Shown here piece after piece: positions 53,941 through 64,000 of a stretch of DNA of 64,000 nucleotides; within the stretch, counting starts at the first letter, position 1, and every line of letters starts with the position of its first letter. The notes beneath the pieces were generated by a model, which was given only the letters and a program-made list of their open reading frames with translations, was not told the DNA's origin and made no database searches. The stretch is from Tubiluchus corallicola (Eukaryota > Animalia > Priapulida): assembly GCA_030141605.1 (NCBI GenBank), contig JAQGDQ010000365.1, positions 169,519-233,518 of the forward strand, read 5' to 3'. Position numbers and translations under genes: made by a program.

Positions 53941-55136
53941 ATGTGCATTGATTTTAAAAAGCTAGTATTTCAACGAAAAAACTTCAGCATAATATGGCTT
54001 AGTATAGCGTTTCTATTCCAATCGCAATTAGTTTTTTCGCAAGAAGTAAAACAAAAATTACTTATTGAAGACAAACAACTTCAAATAAGAATTACTGATG
54101 CAATTAACTTAATGTACAACTTTAAATTTGAAGAAGCAGAAGAAGAGTTTAGCTGGTTAGTGATAGAAAATAGAGAGCATCCGTTAGGATACTTTTATTT
54201 GGATTAAGCGTTTGGTGGCGCATAGCACTCAACCCCAATGAAGAAAAATATGATGACGCTTTTCTTCAATATATGGACATTTCCGTAAATAAAGCAGAGA
54301 AATTATATCGTGTTGACTCCACTAAAATAGAAGCGGCTTTTTTTTTAGCGGGAGCATATGCCTTTCAAGCACGATTATACGTAGAAAGGCGAAAATGGTT
54401 TAGAGCTGCTTATGTTGCAAGAAAGGCTTTAAGTTATTTAGAAGATTGTAGAGAAAAAAAATACTTAAGCCCTGAATTAATGTTTGGAGACGGGCTTTAC
54501 AACTACTATACAGTGTGGTCTGCAGAAAACTACCCTTCTCTTAAACCTGTTTTAGCTTTTTTTAAAAAAGGAGATAAAGAATTAGGAATGAAGCTACTTG
54601 AAGAAGTAGCTTTCAATGCTTTTTATACAAGAGTAGAAGCTCAATATTGGCTAATAAGTATTTGGGAAGATGAAGGACAATCACGAAAGAGCTTAGATTT
54701 GACAGAATATCTCCATCAAACTTTTCCTAACAACTCTTATTTTCATAGATACTATGCGCGATTGCTTTATCGCACGGGCTATGTTAACAAAACAATAAAA
54801 GTATGTGAAGAAATAATGGCTAAAATAGATAGTGGAAAATTTGGTTATGGAGAAACGTGTGGCAGATATGCAGGTTATTTCCTTGGGCATATGTATGAAG
54901 TAAAAAAAGACACTGCAAGGGCTTTGAAAAACTACGAACATGCTATCTATTTTTCTGAGAAAGCAGGTGCCACAGACATGGGGTATTATTGGCACTCATT
55001 AATGGGAGCAGCAAAAATATGCAAGGAAAAAGGAAATAAAGCAAAAGCACGGGAGTATTTAAAAAAGCTAAAAAAATACACAAAAAGAAAAGAAAAATTG
55101 AACTCCAAATCCAGAGAGATGTTAAGGGAAATGTAG
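53941..55136 (+). CDS. TPR-like secreted protein (split by 1-nt frameshift at ~54193)
   Basis: One extra T in the T4 run 54193-54196 gives HPLGYFLFGLSVWWRI...FLQYMDISV, joining the two tracked ORFs; helical repeats. Confidence 0.8.
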
Positions 55137-55174
55137 TTAAATGAAAATGCTTTTTTAATATTAAAAAAACCAAT

Positions 55175-56409
55175 ATGAAAATATTACATGTGAATTTTTC
55201 TTATGATCATTCTGGGGCATCTGTTGCCATGCAAAGGCTTCATAAAAGATTGTGCCAAAAAAATATAGATTCTAAAATATTGGTGATGAAATCAAACACT
55301 AAAGATGACACTATATTTACTGAAAGCAAAATAAAGCAAATAATAGCAGAAGGCATAAGTAAAATATTGAGATATATTATTAATAAACAAAAACCACAAA
55401 ACAAAGCATTTCACTCTTTAAATATTTTCCCATTAAATGTGTATCAAAAAATCAATAATTTCAAAGCGGACATAGTACACCTGCACTGGATGGGAAATAA
55501 TATGCTAACCATTAAGGAGTTCCAAAAAATCAATAAACCCATTGTGTGGACACTACATGACACATGGATGTTTTGTGGGGCAGAACACTATCCAAACTTA
55601 ATCAATGATAATAGATATCAAGAAGGCTACAAAAGAGAAAATAGATTTGCAGGGGAGTTAGGTTTTGATGTCAATAAATTTTTATGGGATATAAAAAAGA
55701 AGTATTGGAAGAACATAAAGTTTAATATAGTAACTCCCAGTACGTGGATGTTCAGATTAGCCAAAGAGAGCCAAATAGCCAAAGGCAATCACATAAGAGC
55801 AATACCCAATGGGCTTGATTTGAATATATTTTACAACATAGATAAACAATACTGTCGCAAAAAACTAACTTTACCACAGAATAAAAAATTAATAGGCTTT
55901 GGAGCATTTAATGTGTTAGATAAAAGAAAAGGAGGGCATTTGCTTACAGAAACATTGGGCAAATATGCTGCTAATAACGACAACGTAGAGTTAGTGGTCT
56001 TTGGTAGAAAAAAAAATGAAAAAGAAGAAGGTTTTGGTATGAAGACCCATTATGTAGGATTTTTGAAAACAGATAAGGAGTTATCATATTTGTATAATGC
56101 AATAGATCTATTTATCAGCCCTTCATTGCAGGATAACTTACCCAATGTGATAGTAGAGCCATTGTCTTGTGGTACTCCATGCGTAGCGTTTGATGTAGGC
56201 GGAATGTCAGATATGATAAAGCATAAAAAAAATGGATATTTGGCAAAATATATGGATACTGATGACTTAGCCAATGGAATAAAATGGGTGTTGAAAAATG
56301 ATAATTATAAGGCTTTGTGTGATAATGCAAGAAAAACAGCGGAGAAAAATTTAACGTTAATGTAGTTGCAGAGAAATATATTGAGCTATATAAACAGATA
56401 TTGACTTAA
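55175..56409 (+). CDS. glycosyltransferase family 4 (WcaC-like); 3' frameshift at ~56345
   Basis: DIVHLHW, PIVWTLHD.W.F.G..HY, IPNGLD, DNLPNVIVE..SCGTP.VAFDVGG. One added A gives KFNVNVVAEKYIELYKQILT* ending at 56409. Confidence 0.88.
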
Positions 56410-56432
56410 ACTATTATGATTGATTTTGAAGC

Positions 56433-57398
56433 ATGCAGGAAACATTAAACACCCCAATATTATTTCTAATTTTTAATAAAGAGGAAACGACAAAAAGTGT
56501 TTTTTCTGCTATTAGAAAAGCAAAACCCACAAGGTTTTATATAGCTTCAGATGGTGCAAGGAAGAGCAAAGAAAATGAAAAAGATAAAGTAGACTCTATA
56601 AGAGATTATGTAGTGAACAATGTTGATTGGGATTGTAAAATAAAAACACTTTTTAGAGATGAAAATCAAGGATGTGCTAAGGCAGTGACCACTGCCATAA
56701 ATTGGTTTTTTGAGCATGAAGAAAATGGTATAATTTTAGAAGATGATATATTGCCTAATCCAAGTTTTTTTAATTTTTGTGATGTTTTATTGAATAAATA
56801 TAAAGATGACGCAAACGTATGGCTAATATCAGGCTTTAATATATTGCAACAGTATCATGATGATATTTCAAGTTATTACTTTACTACAAATGTATTTATT
56901 TGGGGATGGGCGACCTGGAAAAGAGCATGGAAGTTTTATGATTTTCAAATGACATGTAGAAATGATAAAAAGAAACGGCAACAATATAAAAATTTTGTAA
57001 AAGACAGCGCAGATATAAACTATCATTTGGAGCGCATAGCACATTTGCCAAAAAACATGAAAAATGTTACATTTTGGGCACTACAATGGCAATGGGCTTG
57101 TAGAATTAATGGAGGCCTGACCATTATACCACATGTGAATTTAGTGGAAAACATTGGAATAGGAAATGTTGAAGCAACGCATACAGATCGAAAAAACAAC
57201 CAATTAGGTATTAAAAGCCTTGAAATGATGTTTCCGCTAAACCACCCATCATTTATAGAAGTAGAACACACACTATCCAAACGTTCATTTAAAGCATATT
57301 GCATTGCTATACAAAGTAGGTTTTTCTATTGGTTAGCAAAATGGCTACCTTTCAAAATATACCAAATTTTAAAACAGATAAGAAGAAAAAGTCTATAA
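56433..57398 (+). CDS. GT-A fold nucleotide-diphospho-sugar transferase
   Basis: PILFLIFN, DGAR, N.GC...V..AI.WFF, IILEDD, WGWATW.RAW, NLVENIG. Confidence 0.85.
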   Translation: MQETLNTPILFLIFNKEETTKSVFSAIRKAKPTRFYIASDGARKSKENEKDKVDSIRDYVVNNVDWDCKIKTLFRDENQGCAKAVTTAINWFFEHEENGIILEDDILPNPSFFNFCDVLLNKYKDDANVWLISGFNILQQYHDDISSYYFTTNVFIWGWATWKRAWKFYDFQMTCRNDKKKRQQYKNFVKDSADINYHLERIAHLPKNMKNVTFWALQWQWACRINGGLTIIPHVNLVENIGIGNVEATHTDRKNNQLGIKSLEMMFPLNHPSFIEVEHTLSKRSFKAYCIAIQSRFFYWLAKWLPFKIYQILKQIRRKSL

Positions 57399-57413
57399 AC
57401 TCTACTTTTTCCT

Positions 57414-58769
57414 TTAATATCCTATCCAAATAGCTATTGCCAAAAGAGCCACTCCTAATATTAAAAGCTTTAACATTAATGGCAATATAAAACGAAACCA
57501 TTGATCAAATGGTACTTTTGCAATACCTAACATTCCCATTAATATTGGACTTGTTGGTATTATCATATTAGCAAAGCCGTCTCCAAATTGAAATGCCAAT
57601 ACCGCCACTTGTCTTGATACACCTGTTATATCTGCTATTGGAGACATTAAGGGCATAGTTATATATGCTTGCCCACTTCCAGATGGAATAAAAAAGTTAA
57701 CAACACATTGTAAAATGTACATACCTGCGGCTGAAAGCTCTCCGCCTGCTTCTTTAAGAGGAGTACCAAGAGCGTATATGATTGTGTGCAATACCTCTCC
57801 ATCTTCTAATATTATAGCTATGGCTTTTGCAAACCCTATCAATAGTGCAGTTATTGTCAACTCTGTAGCTCCATTGGCAAATTCAACGGCTACTTTATTA
57901 GGTTTCATTTTTGCCATTATACCAACTAAAATAGTTAAAGCAAGAAAAACAGCACTGAGCTCTTCTAAATACCATTTTTTGGCATATATACCCCAAATAA
58001 TTACTCCAAGAGCTGTAATAAGAGCAATAGCAACAAAAACATGTAGTTTTGTTACTTGTGGAAAAGACATACTTTTAAAGGGCACATCTGTTGTTAAGTT
58101 TTTGGTATGGATTCTGCCCTTTTTAAAAGCATATTTATGCACATGATGCCATCCAACCAATAAAAGAGGAATAAAAATCAATATTCTGTACCACAATCCT
58201 GACAAGGGTTGGAGCCCTGCTATTTCTTGTGCAATGATTACTGTAAAAGGATTGATAGTAGCAGCCCCAAATCCTACTCCATATCCAACAATTAAAATTC
58301 CAAGTGCTGTTAAAGTGTTAAATCCTAATGCTGTGCATAGTGCTATTAGAATAGGAACAAAAGGCAAGTATTCTTCTCCCATGCCTAATGTAGACGATCC
58401 TGCGGCAAATACAAACATAGGCATGAAAATTAATATTTGAGGCTTTTTGCCAAATTTTTCCAACATTTTTCCTAAAAAAGCATCTATCATCCCCGTAGAG
58501 CGTATTACTGCCAATGCTCCTCCAATGATTAAAATAAAAAATATTATGCTTTGACTTTTTTCAAAAGCACGCGGTATAGATAGGAATATGTCATATACGC
58601 TCAAAAAACTCTTTTCTTTTACTTGATATGTATCAGGGATAATGGTATTGTGTTGATCTTGTGCTAATTCAAAGCTTCCACTAGGCAAAATATAGGTTGA
58701 AGCCCATGCTATGACAATAATGAAAAATAGTAATACTAAGGTGTTGGGTATTTTAAATTTTCTTCTCAT
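57414..58769 (-). CDS. YfcC family transporter (DcuC-like/basic amino-acid antiporter)
   Basis: IPNTLVLLF, NPFTVIIAQ, FFIPSGSGQA.ITMP, AVLAFQFGDG. Start at 58769, downstream of TACTTTTG at 58810-58817. Confidence 0.88.
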   Translation of the reverse strand: MRRKFKIPNTLVLLFFIIVIAWASTYILPSGSFELAQDQHNTIIPDTYQVKEKSFLSVYDIFLSIPRAFEKSQSIIFFILIIGGALAVIRSTGMIDAFLGKMLEKFGKKPQILIFMPMFVFAAGSSTLGMGEEYLPFVPILIALCTALGFNTLTALGILIVGYGVGFGAATINPFTVIIAQEIAGLQPLSGLWYRILIFIPLLLVGWHHVHKYAFKKGRIHTKNLTTDVPFKSMSFPQVTKLHVFVAIALITALGVIIWGIYAKKWYLEELSAVFLALTILVGIMAKMKPNKVAVEFANGATELTITALLIGFAKAIAIILEDGEVLHTIIYALGTPLKEAGGELSAAGMYILQCVVNFFIPSGSGQAYITMPLMSPIADITGVSRQVAVLAFQFGDGFANMIIPTSPILMGMLGIAKVPFDQWFRFILPLMLKLLILGVALLAIAIWIGY

Positions 58770-58912
58770 TTTTTGTAATGCGTTATTAAAAAATAAAGCT
58801 GAATTTTGACAAAAGTACAAAGAAATGTTGTAGTTATAAAAAATCTCTTTGCTTTTTCCTATATATTTAATTACTTTTATGATGGAGCAAAAAAACGGTT
58901 ACATAGAATGAC

Positions 58913-59281
58913 ATGAAAAAAACAATAGTAATAGGAGCTTCAAATAATCCTGAGCGCTACTCATACAAAGCCTTTAATCTACTTATGGAGCACAATTATG
59001 ATGTGGTGCCAGTAGGCACAAAAAAGGGAAATATTAACGGTGTAGAAATTAAAAACCTTTTAGAAAAACCTAAAGTAAACAATGTGCACACTGTTACATT
59101 ATATGTCAATCCACAACGTCAAGTAGAGTGGTATGACTACATTTTGCAAGACCTAAAACCTAAACGTATTATTTTTAATCCCGGAACAGAAAATGAAGAA
59201 CTCAAACAGAAAGCACGGCAGAAAGGAATAGAAACACTATATGCTTGCACGCTTGTATTATTAAACACTAAACAATTTTAA
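58913..59281 (+). CDS. CoA-binding protein (YccU-like)
   Basis: VIGASNNPERYS, TVTLYV.P, FNPGTEN, ACTLVLL. Confidence 0.9.
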   Translation: MKKTIVIGASNNPERYSYKAFNLLMEHNYDVVPVGTKKGNINGVEIKNLLEKPKVNNVHTVTLYVNPQRQVEWYDYILQDLKPKRIIFNPGTENEELKQKARQKGIETLYACTLVLLNTKQF

Positions 59282-59367
59282 TAAAAACATATCTATTAAT
59301 TTGGGTGCTGATGCTAAATGCTTTATCTTTAGCCTATTATTTAATTAAAACATTATAAATTATAATT

Positions 59368-60381
59368 ATGAAAAAAAATAGTCTACTTTTCGTCATCATC
59401 ATCTTTGTGTGTTTGTATTCAATAAATATAAATGCCCAAACCCCATTGAAATACAAAAAAGATGGCACATTTAAAATAGCACAATTTACTGATATGCATT
59501 TTGCGCATGACTCTGAAAAATCTAAAATCACCATTGAAATGATGAATACAGTTTTTGAAAGAGAAAAGCCAGATATTGCTATTTTTACGGGAGATATTAT
59601 TACTAAAGTAAAATCACCAGAAGAGGGATGGAAAGCATTGCAAGAGGTGTTGATTAAGTGGCAAATTCCATGGGCAATGACATTGGGCAACCATGAAAGC
59701 GATTATGAAATATCACGCAGAGAAGTATTAGAGCTATTAATTGGCGCGCCTCTCTCTTTAGTAGAGATGGGTCCAGAAGATGTTTATGGCTATGGAAATT
59801 ATGTGTTGCCAATATATGATGATAGCGGAGACAAAGTGATCAACCTTATTTACTGCATGGACTCTAATGATAAGTCAGTAATAGGTGCTGTTGGCGGATA
59901 TGGTTGGTTTGATGTTTCTCAAATTGAGTGGTATATACAAAACAGTAATACATGGAAAGAAAATAATAATGGTCAAGCGATACCCTCATTTGCTTTTTTT
60001 CATATACCTTTTCCAGAGTATAATCAAGCATGGGAAAAAGGAGATCACAAGCCTATTGGCAAAAAAAAGGAAAAAGTATGTGCTCCTGACATTAACACAG
60101 GAATGTATGCTGCAATGCTTCAACAAGGGGATATAGTAGCCACTTTTGTGGGGCATGACCATGTTAATGATTATGTTTCTACACTTAATGGGCTTGGACT
60201 AATATATGGAAGGTGCTCGGGAAGTGGTGGAGGTGGTGCATATGGAAAACAAATGAATGGCGCAAGGATTATAGAACTGAACAAAGGAAAAGAAGGCTTT
60301 GACACTTGGATTCGCCTTAGAGACGGTTCAGTAGAGCAAAAAATCTCTTTTCCTGTGCCAATAAGGAAAAAGAAGAAATAG
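59368..60381 (+). CDS. secreted calcineurin-like metallophosphoesterase
   Basis: FTDMH, TGD, GNHE, FFHIP, GHDH.ND. Confidence 0.9.
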   Translation: MKKNSLLFVIIIFVCLYSININAQTPLKYKKDGTFKIAQFTDMHFAHDSEKSKITIEMMNTVFEREKPDIAIFTGDIITKVKSPEEGWKALQEVLIKWQIPWAMTLGNHESDYEISRREVLELLIGAPLSLVEMGPEDVYGYGNYVLPIYDDSGDKVINLIYCMDSNDKSVIGAVGGYGWFDVSQIEWYIQNSNTWKENNNGQAIPSFAFFHIPFPEYNQAWEKGDHKPIGKKKEKVCAPDINTGMYAAMLQQGDIVATFVGHDHVNDYVSTLNGLGLIYGRCSGSGGGGAYGKQMNGARIIELNKGKEGFDTWIRLRDGSVEQKISFPVPIRKKKK

Positions 60382-60393
60382 GTTATTGATATA

Positions 60394-60679
60394 ATGGATG
60401 ATTACACTACCATAGGTGACGCTATGAAAGATTTTTTCAAAAAAGCGTCATCTTGAAGAGAAATATAGCGAAACAAAACTCAAAGTTTCATGGAGTAAGA
60501 TAATGGGTGAGCCTATTGCTCAAAGAACAACACGTATTTTTATAAAAGACAAAAAGCTATTTGTTAAAATCTCCTCTGCGCCACTAAAGCATGAACTTAT
60601 TGCCATGAAAAGTAAAATGCTAGAGCTTATTCATAAGGAATTAGACGAAAAAATAGTTACAGATATTATTGTTCTTTAA
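60394..60679 (+). CDS. DUF721/DciA family protein, absent from the ORF track (1-nt frameshift at ~60432-60444)
   Basis: Removing one base gives MDDYTTIGDAMKDFFKKRHLEEKYSETKLKVSWSKIMGEPIAQRTTRIFIKDKKLFVKISSAPLKHELIAMKSKMLELIHKELDEKIVTDIIVL*, with the W..I.G..IA and SAPLK.EL signature. Confidence 0.8.
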
Positions 60680-61092
60680 TAGAGGTCAGGATTGATAATA
60701 TGTAATACATATCCTGTAACCGTAACATCGTATCTCTTTAATGGATAGGTAGCAGGTCCCCCTGTTGGGTAGCCATTAAAATCAAATGTAGACTTGCAGT
60801 GTTTATCTATGAAGAACATCCTTGTTTCGTCAAGTTCTATTATTGCCCCACTCTCTCTTGGGTCAAAAGGACAAGCACGCTCAAAAGCCTTATATACTCC
60901 ATTATCTTTATATATGATTATACCCTTATATCCAGCGTTAATATATTCGTAGCCGTGAAATGATAGGCTGGCAGAAATATTATGATATTCATTGACGTAT
61001 ACATTAGGTATTCGCTCAGGGTCATCACTGCCATCGCAAGATAGCAAGCTAAGTGCGAGTATTTGAAAGATTATAGTTAGTATTCTAATCAT
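60676..61092 (-). CDS. Rieske-fold-like lipoprotein with degenerate cluster ligands
   Basis: Lipobox LLSC; GYKGIIIY...YKAFERACPFDP...DKHCKSTFD..G.PTGGPA..PLKRY. Start at 61092, downstream of TACTTTTG at 61116-61123. Confidence 0.7.
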   Translation of the reverse strand: MIRILTIIFQILALSLLSCDGSDDPERIPNVYVNEYHNISASLSFHGYEYINAGYKGIIIYKDNGVYKAFERACPFDPRESGAIIELDETRMFFIDKHCKSTFDFNGYPTGGPATYPLKRYDVTVTGYVLHIINPDLY

Positions 61093-61483
61093 ATTTAAGC
61101 CAATACACTTAATTACAAAAGTATAAAATGTTCTCTTAAAAAAACAATGAAAACAGAATTTTACTCGTTTTAAGAATAGATTTACATAGCCTTTCATCTA
61201 TATGAACTCAATACCACTGTTAGAAATAAAAGTGCTCCGTAACTATCATAATTTTGTGGCTACTTTATAGATTGGCTAAACAATTGATCTGTTTTTTCTC
61301 TTTTTGTGCCTCCTCATAGTGCCATTTTATATTAATAAATAAAAGATTTTTCATCTCCTCTCTATACTTTTACAGCACAACTCTTTGTTGAGAACAAATC
61401 TTACTCTTTTTTTTAAATGAAAATTTAAGATAATTTTACCGTACAATATATTAAATTTGTCGCTTAAAAACAGTTAATACATA

Positions 61484-62287
61484 ATGAAAGATAGTAGAAA
61501 AAAACAGCTTGAAGCATTTGAACGCTTATTAGATATTGTAGATGATTTGAGAGAAAAATGCCCTTGGGATAGAAAACAAACAATAGAAAGTTTAGCTCAT
61601 CTTACCATAGAAGAGGTATATGAGTTGGTAGATGCTATTAATGATAAAAAGTCTGAAGAGATAAAAAAGGAATTAGGGGACTTGGCATTACACATACTCA
61701 TGTATTCAAAAATCGCCTCTGAAACAAATAAATTTGACATTGCCGATGTATTAAACAATATCTGTGAGAAATTGATTTATAGACATCCACATGTTTATAA
61801 TAATACAGATGTGAAAACAGATAAGGATGTAAAGCAAAATTGGGAAAGATTAAAGTTGAAAGAGAAAAAAAATAAGTCCCTGTTTGATGGTCTACCTAAA
61901 GCATTGCCCGCCATGATAAAAGCGTATAGAATACAAGATAAGGCACGTAGTATTGGGTTTGATTGGGAAGAAAAGCAACAAGTATGGAATAAAGTATTGG
62001 AAGAAGTTGAAGAGTTAAAAAATGAATGGTTTGAAAGAAAAGAATTAAACCACAATGCCGTGACATCAGAATTTGGTGATGTTTTATTTGCGTTAATAAA
62101 TTTTGCTCGATTTATTGACGTAAACCCCGAAGAAGCATTAGAAAAAACTAATAAACGATTTATAAAAAGATTTCAATATATCGAAGAGAACATTCAAAAA
62201 GAGGGCAAACAACTTGCCTCTATGTCTTTAAATGAAATGAACGTGTATTGGGAAAAAGCAAAAAAAGAATCTAAAAACTTAGAATAA
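61484..62287 (+). CDS. mazG: nucleoside triphosphate pyrophosphohydrolase
   Basis: CPWDRKQT, EEVYEL, ELGDL, KLIYRHPHV, EFGDVLFA; TAAATTTG promoter element at 61452-61459. Confidence 0.95.
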   Translation: MKDSRKKQLEAFERLLDIVDDLREKCPWDRKQTIESLAHLTIEEVYELVDAINDKKSEEIKKELGDLALHILMYSKIASETNKFDIADVLNNICEKLIYRHPHVYNNTDVKTDKDVKQNWERLKLKEKKNKSLFDGLPKALPAMIKAYRIQDKARSIGFDWEEKQQVWNKVLEEVEELKNEWFERKELNHNAVTSEFGDVLFALINFARFIDVNPEEALEKTNKRFIKRFQYIEENIQKEGKQLASMSLNEMNVYWEKAKKESKNLE

Positions 62288-62289
62288 CA

Positions 62290-63525
62290 ATGATGCAGTT
62301 AATAAATAATAAATACTCTATTCAAGGTATTGATTTGGGTGGACTAGCCAAAGAGTTTGGAACACCGCTTTATGTATATGATGCTCAAAAAATAAAAATG
62401 CAAGTAGATGCTTTAAAGAATACCTTCTCTAAACAAAAACTAAAAATAAAGTATGCCTGCAAAGCACTAACTAATATTTCTATTTTAAAGTTAATGAAAA
62501 AATATGGTGTAGGGTTAGATGCTGTTTCTATTCAGGAAGTGCAACTGGGATTGAAAGCAGGTTTTGAACCGAAAGAAATTTTATATACTCCTAATGGTGT
62601 CTCTTTTAGTGAAATAAAAGAAGCTGTTGATTTAGGAGTAGTTATGAATATAGATAATATATCTATTCTTGAGCTTTTTGGGCATGAATATCACGATAAA
62701 ATTCCCATTTGCATACGGATAAATACCCATATTATGGCAGGTGGAAATCATAAAATTTCTACTGGACACATAGACTCAAAGTTTGGCATATCTATTTTCC
62801 AGCTTCGCCATGTGTTGCGGATTGTAAAGAGTTATAATCTCAGAGTAGTAGGGGTGCATATACATACGGGTTCTGATATTCTAGACATGAGTGCTTTTAA
62901 TAGTGCTACAGAGGTGTTATTTGATGTTGCTGAAAAATTTCCTAATTTAGAATTTATAGACTTTGGAAGTGGATTTAAGGTAGCGTACCATGAACAAGAT
63001 GTAACGACAGATATTAATAAATTGGGCAAGACACTCTCAAAATCATTTAATGATTTTTGTGAAAAATACGGAAAACCTTTAGAAATGTGGTTTGAACCTG
63101 GAAAATTTCTTGTGAGTGAAGCAGGATATTTCTTAGTTACAACTAACGTAATAAAAAATACACCATCATCTACGTTTGCGGGAGTGAATTCAGGATTAAA
63201 TCATCTTATACGTCCTATGATGTATGATGCTTATCATGATATTGTTAATGTTTCCAATCCTAAAGGAGCTAAAAGAATTTATAATGTAGTGGGCTATATA
63301 TGCGAAACAGATACTTTTGGAATAGATAGAAAAATAGCCGAAATACGTGAAAGAGATATTTTAGCAATAAAGAATGCGGGAGCGTACTGTTTTTCTATGG
63401 CATCTAATTATAATTCTCGCCTTCGTCCTGCAGAAGTGTTAATTTATAATAAAACTCCATATTTAATACGAAAAGAGGAAACCTTAAGTGATCAGCTAAC
63501 TAACCAAATAGAAATTGAAATATAA
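62290..63525 (+). CDS. lysA: diaminopimelate decarboxylase
   Basis: TPLYVYD, YACKA, SKFG, HIHTGS, EPGKFLV, RPMMY, ICETD, GAYCFSMASNYN. Confidence 0.95.
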   Translation: MMQLINNKYSIQGIDLGGLAKEFGTPLYVYDAQKIKMQVDALKNTFSKQKLKIKYACKALTNISILKLMKKYGVGLDAVSIQEVQLGLKAGFEPKEILYTPNGVSFSEIKEAVDLGVVMNIDNISILELFGHEYHDKIPICIRINTHIMAGGNHKISTGHIDSKFGISIFQLRHVLRIVKSYNLRVVGVHIHTGSDILDMSAFNSATEVLFDVAEKFPNLEFIDFGSGFKVAYHEQDVTTDINKLGKTLSKSFNDFCEKYGKPLEMWFEPGKFLVSEAGYFLVTTNVIKNTPSSTFAGVNSGLNHLIRPMMYDAYHDIVNVSNPKGAKRIYNVVGYICETDTFGIDRKIAEIRERDILAIKNAGAYCFSMASNYNSRLRPAEVLIYNKTPYLIRKEETLSDQLTNQIEIEI

Positions 63526-63771
63526 ATGGCATTAAACCATAACGATAGTTATTTCTTTTCATCGAAGCAAATGACTGGCTGCAACTATTGTGTAGAAAAG
63601 GCAAGTGATTATTGGAGGATATCAAAAAAAGATGGACGAAGCGTGCTATTGGATTCAGTAAACAAAAAAGGATTTTTTATAAAAAAGATTTATTTAAATA
63701 ACGATTGGGAGCGTTTAAACAAAACAGCAAAATTGTGCCCTGTCAATATTATCCATGTTAAAAAAGTATAG
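63526..63771 (+). pseudogene. small ferredoxin, N-terminus apparently disrupted
   Basis: GCNYC...SKKDG.SVLL...KKGFF...CPVNII resembles Bacteroidota small ferredoxins. The +1 frame reads (ACG)IVISFHRSK-TG[missing base], which would give KCTGCNYC. Confidence 0.65.
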
Positions 63772-63801
63772 TAGTATAGTATAATAAGATGTAGAGTAAA
63801 G

Positions 63802-63885
63802 TGCCCAGAAAAGGACTCGAACCTTCATGCTCTTAAGAGCACTACCCCCTCAAGGTAGCGTGTCTACCAATTTCACCATCTGGGC
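63802..63885 (-). tRNA. tRNA-Leu (anticodon GAG)
   Basis: GCCCAGATGGTGAAATTGGTAGACACGCTACCTTGAGGGGGTAGTGCTCTTAAGAGCATGAAGGTTCGAGTCCTTTTCTGGGCA: long variable arm, TTCGA loop, CCA not encoded; TATCTTTG promoter element at 63898-63905. Confidence 0.95.
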
Positions 63886-64000
63886 TTTTGAAAAATGCAA
63901 AGATAACGAAATTTGGATTTATAGCCTAATTTATTTGTGTGGATTTTGTGGCTCTTAGCATTTCTTTTTTCCCTCTTATAGGTCCTTGCAGTTTTTCTAC

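Noticed and set aside
60438-60446. Programmed -1 frameshift at AAAAAAG in the dciA-like gene
   Set aside because: The downstream coding frame is +1 (or -2), not -1, so the dnaX-type mechanism does not fit.
63569-63576. TGA as selenocysteine or recoded stop at the first ferredoxin Cys
   Set aside because: Reading through this TGA stays out of frame with GCNYC, so a missing base explains it better. TGA is also used as a normal stop (susD).
63772-63885. tRNA-Leu as an integration site
   Set aside because: No duplicated tRNA 3' end or integrase noticed in the window; adjacent genes are housekeeping.

Overview
A 64-kb, very AT-rich chromosomal window from a Bacteroidota bacterium, probably Cytophagales-like (TAnnTTTG promoters, SusC/SusD, GSCFA, DUF58-BatA). 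It is mostly housekeeping: gyrB, ileS-lspA, uvrC, pyk, metF, galE, serA, rocD, folK, tyrA, lysA, mazG, a DegP-type protease and tRNA-Leu(GAG). I found no CRISPR array, transposase, integrase or phage gene. The main points not shown by the ORF track are: (1) a probable oriC at ~1531-1950 (DnaA-box-like 9-mer cluster, AT-rich tract, C-to-G skew switch), followed directly by an NfnB/GltD-like flavoprotein + PFOR operon; (2) a tandem pair of promoter-gene-terminator lipoprotein units of an unrecognised family that are highly diverged yet share an exact 45-nt coding segment; (3) a DASS transporter + soluble cNMP-domain histidine kinase + stand-alone receiver module; (4) a Fur-box-like operator before a TonB-dependent receptor; (5) nine genes broken by small indels, mostly in homopolymers, which are probably assembly errors, including a hidden dciA-like gene and a ferredoxin. 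Family assignments come from motif recognition, not from database searches.
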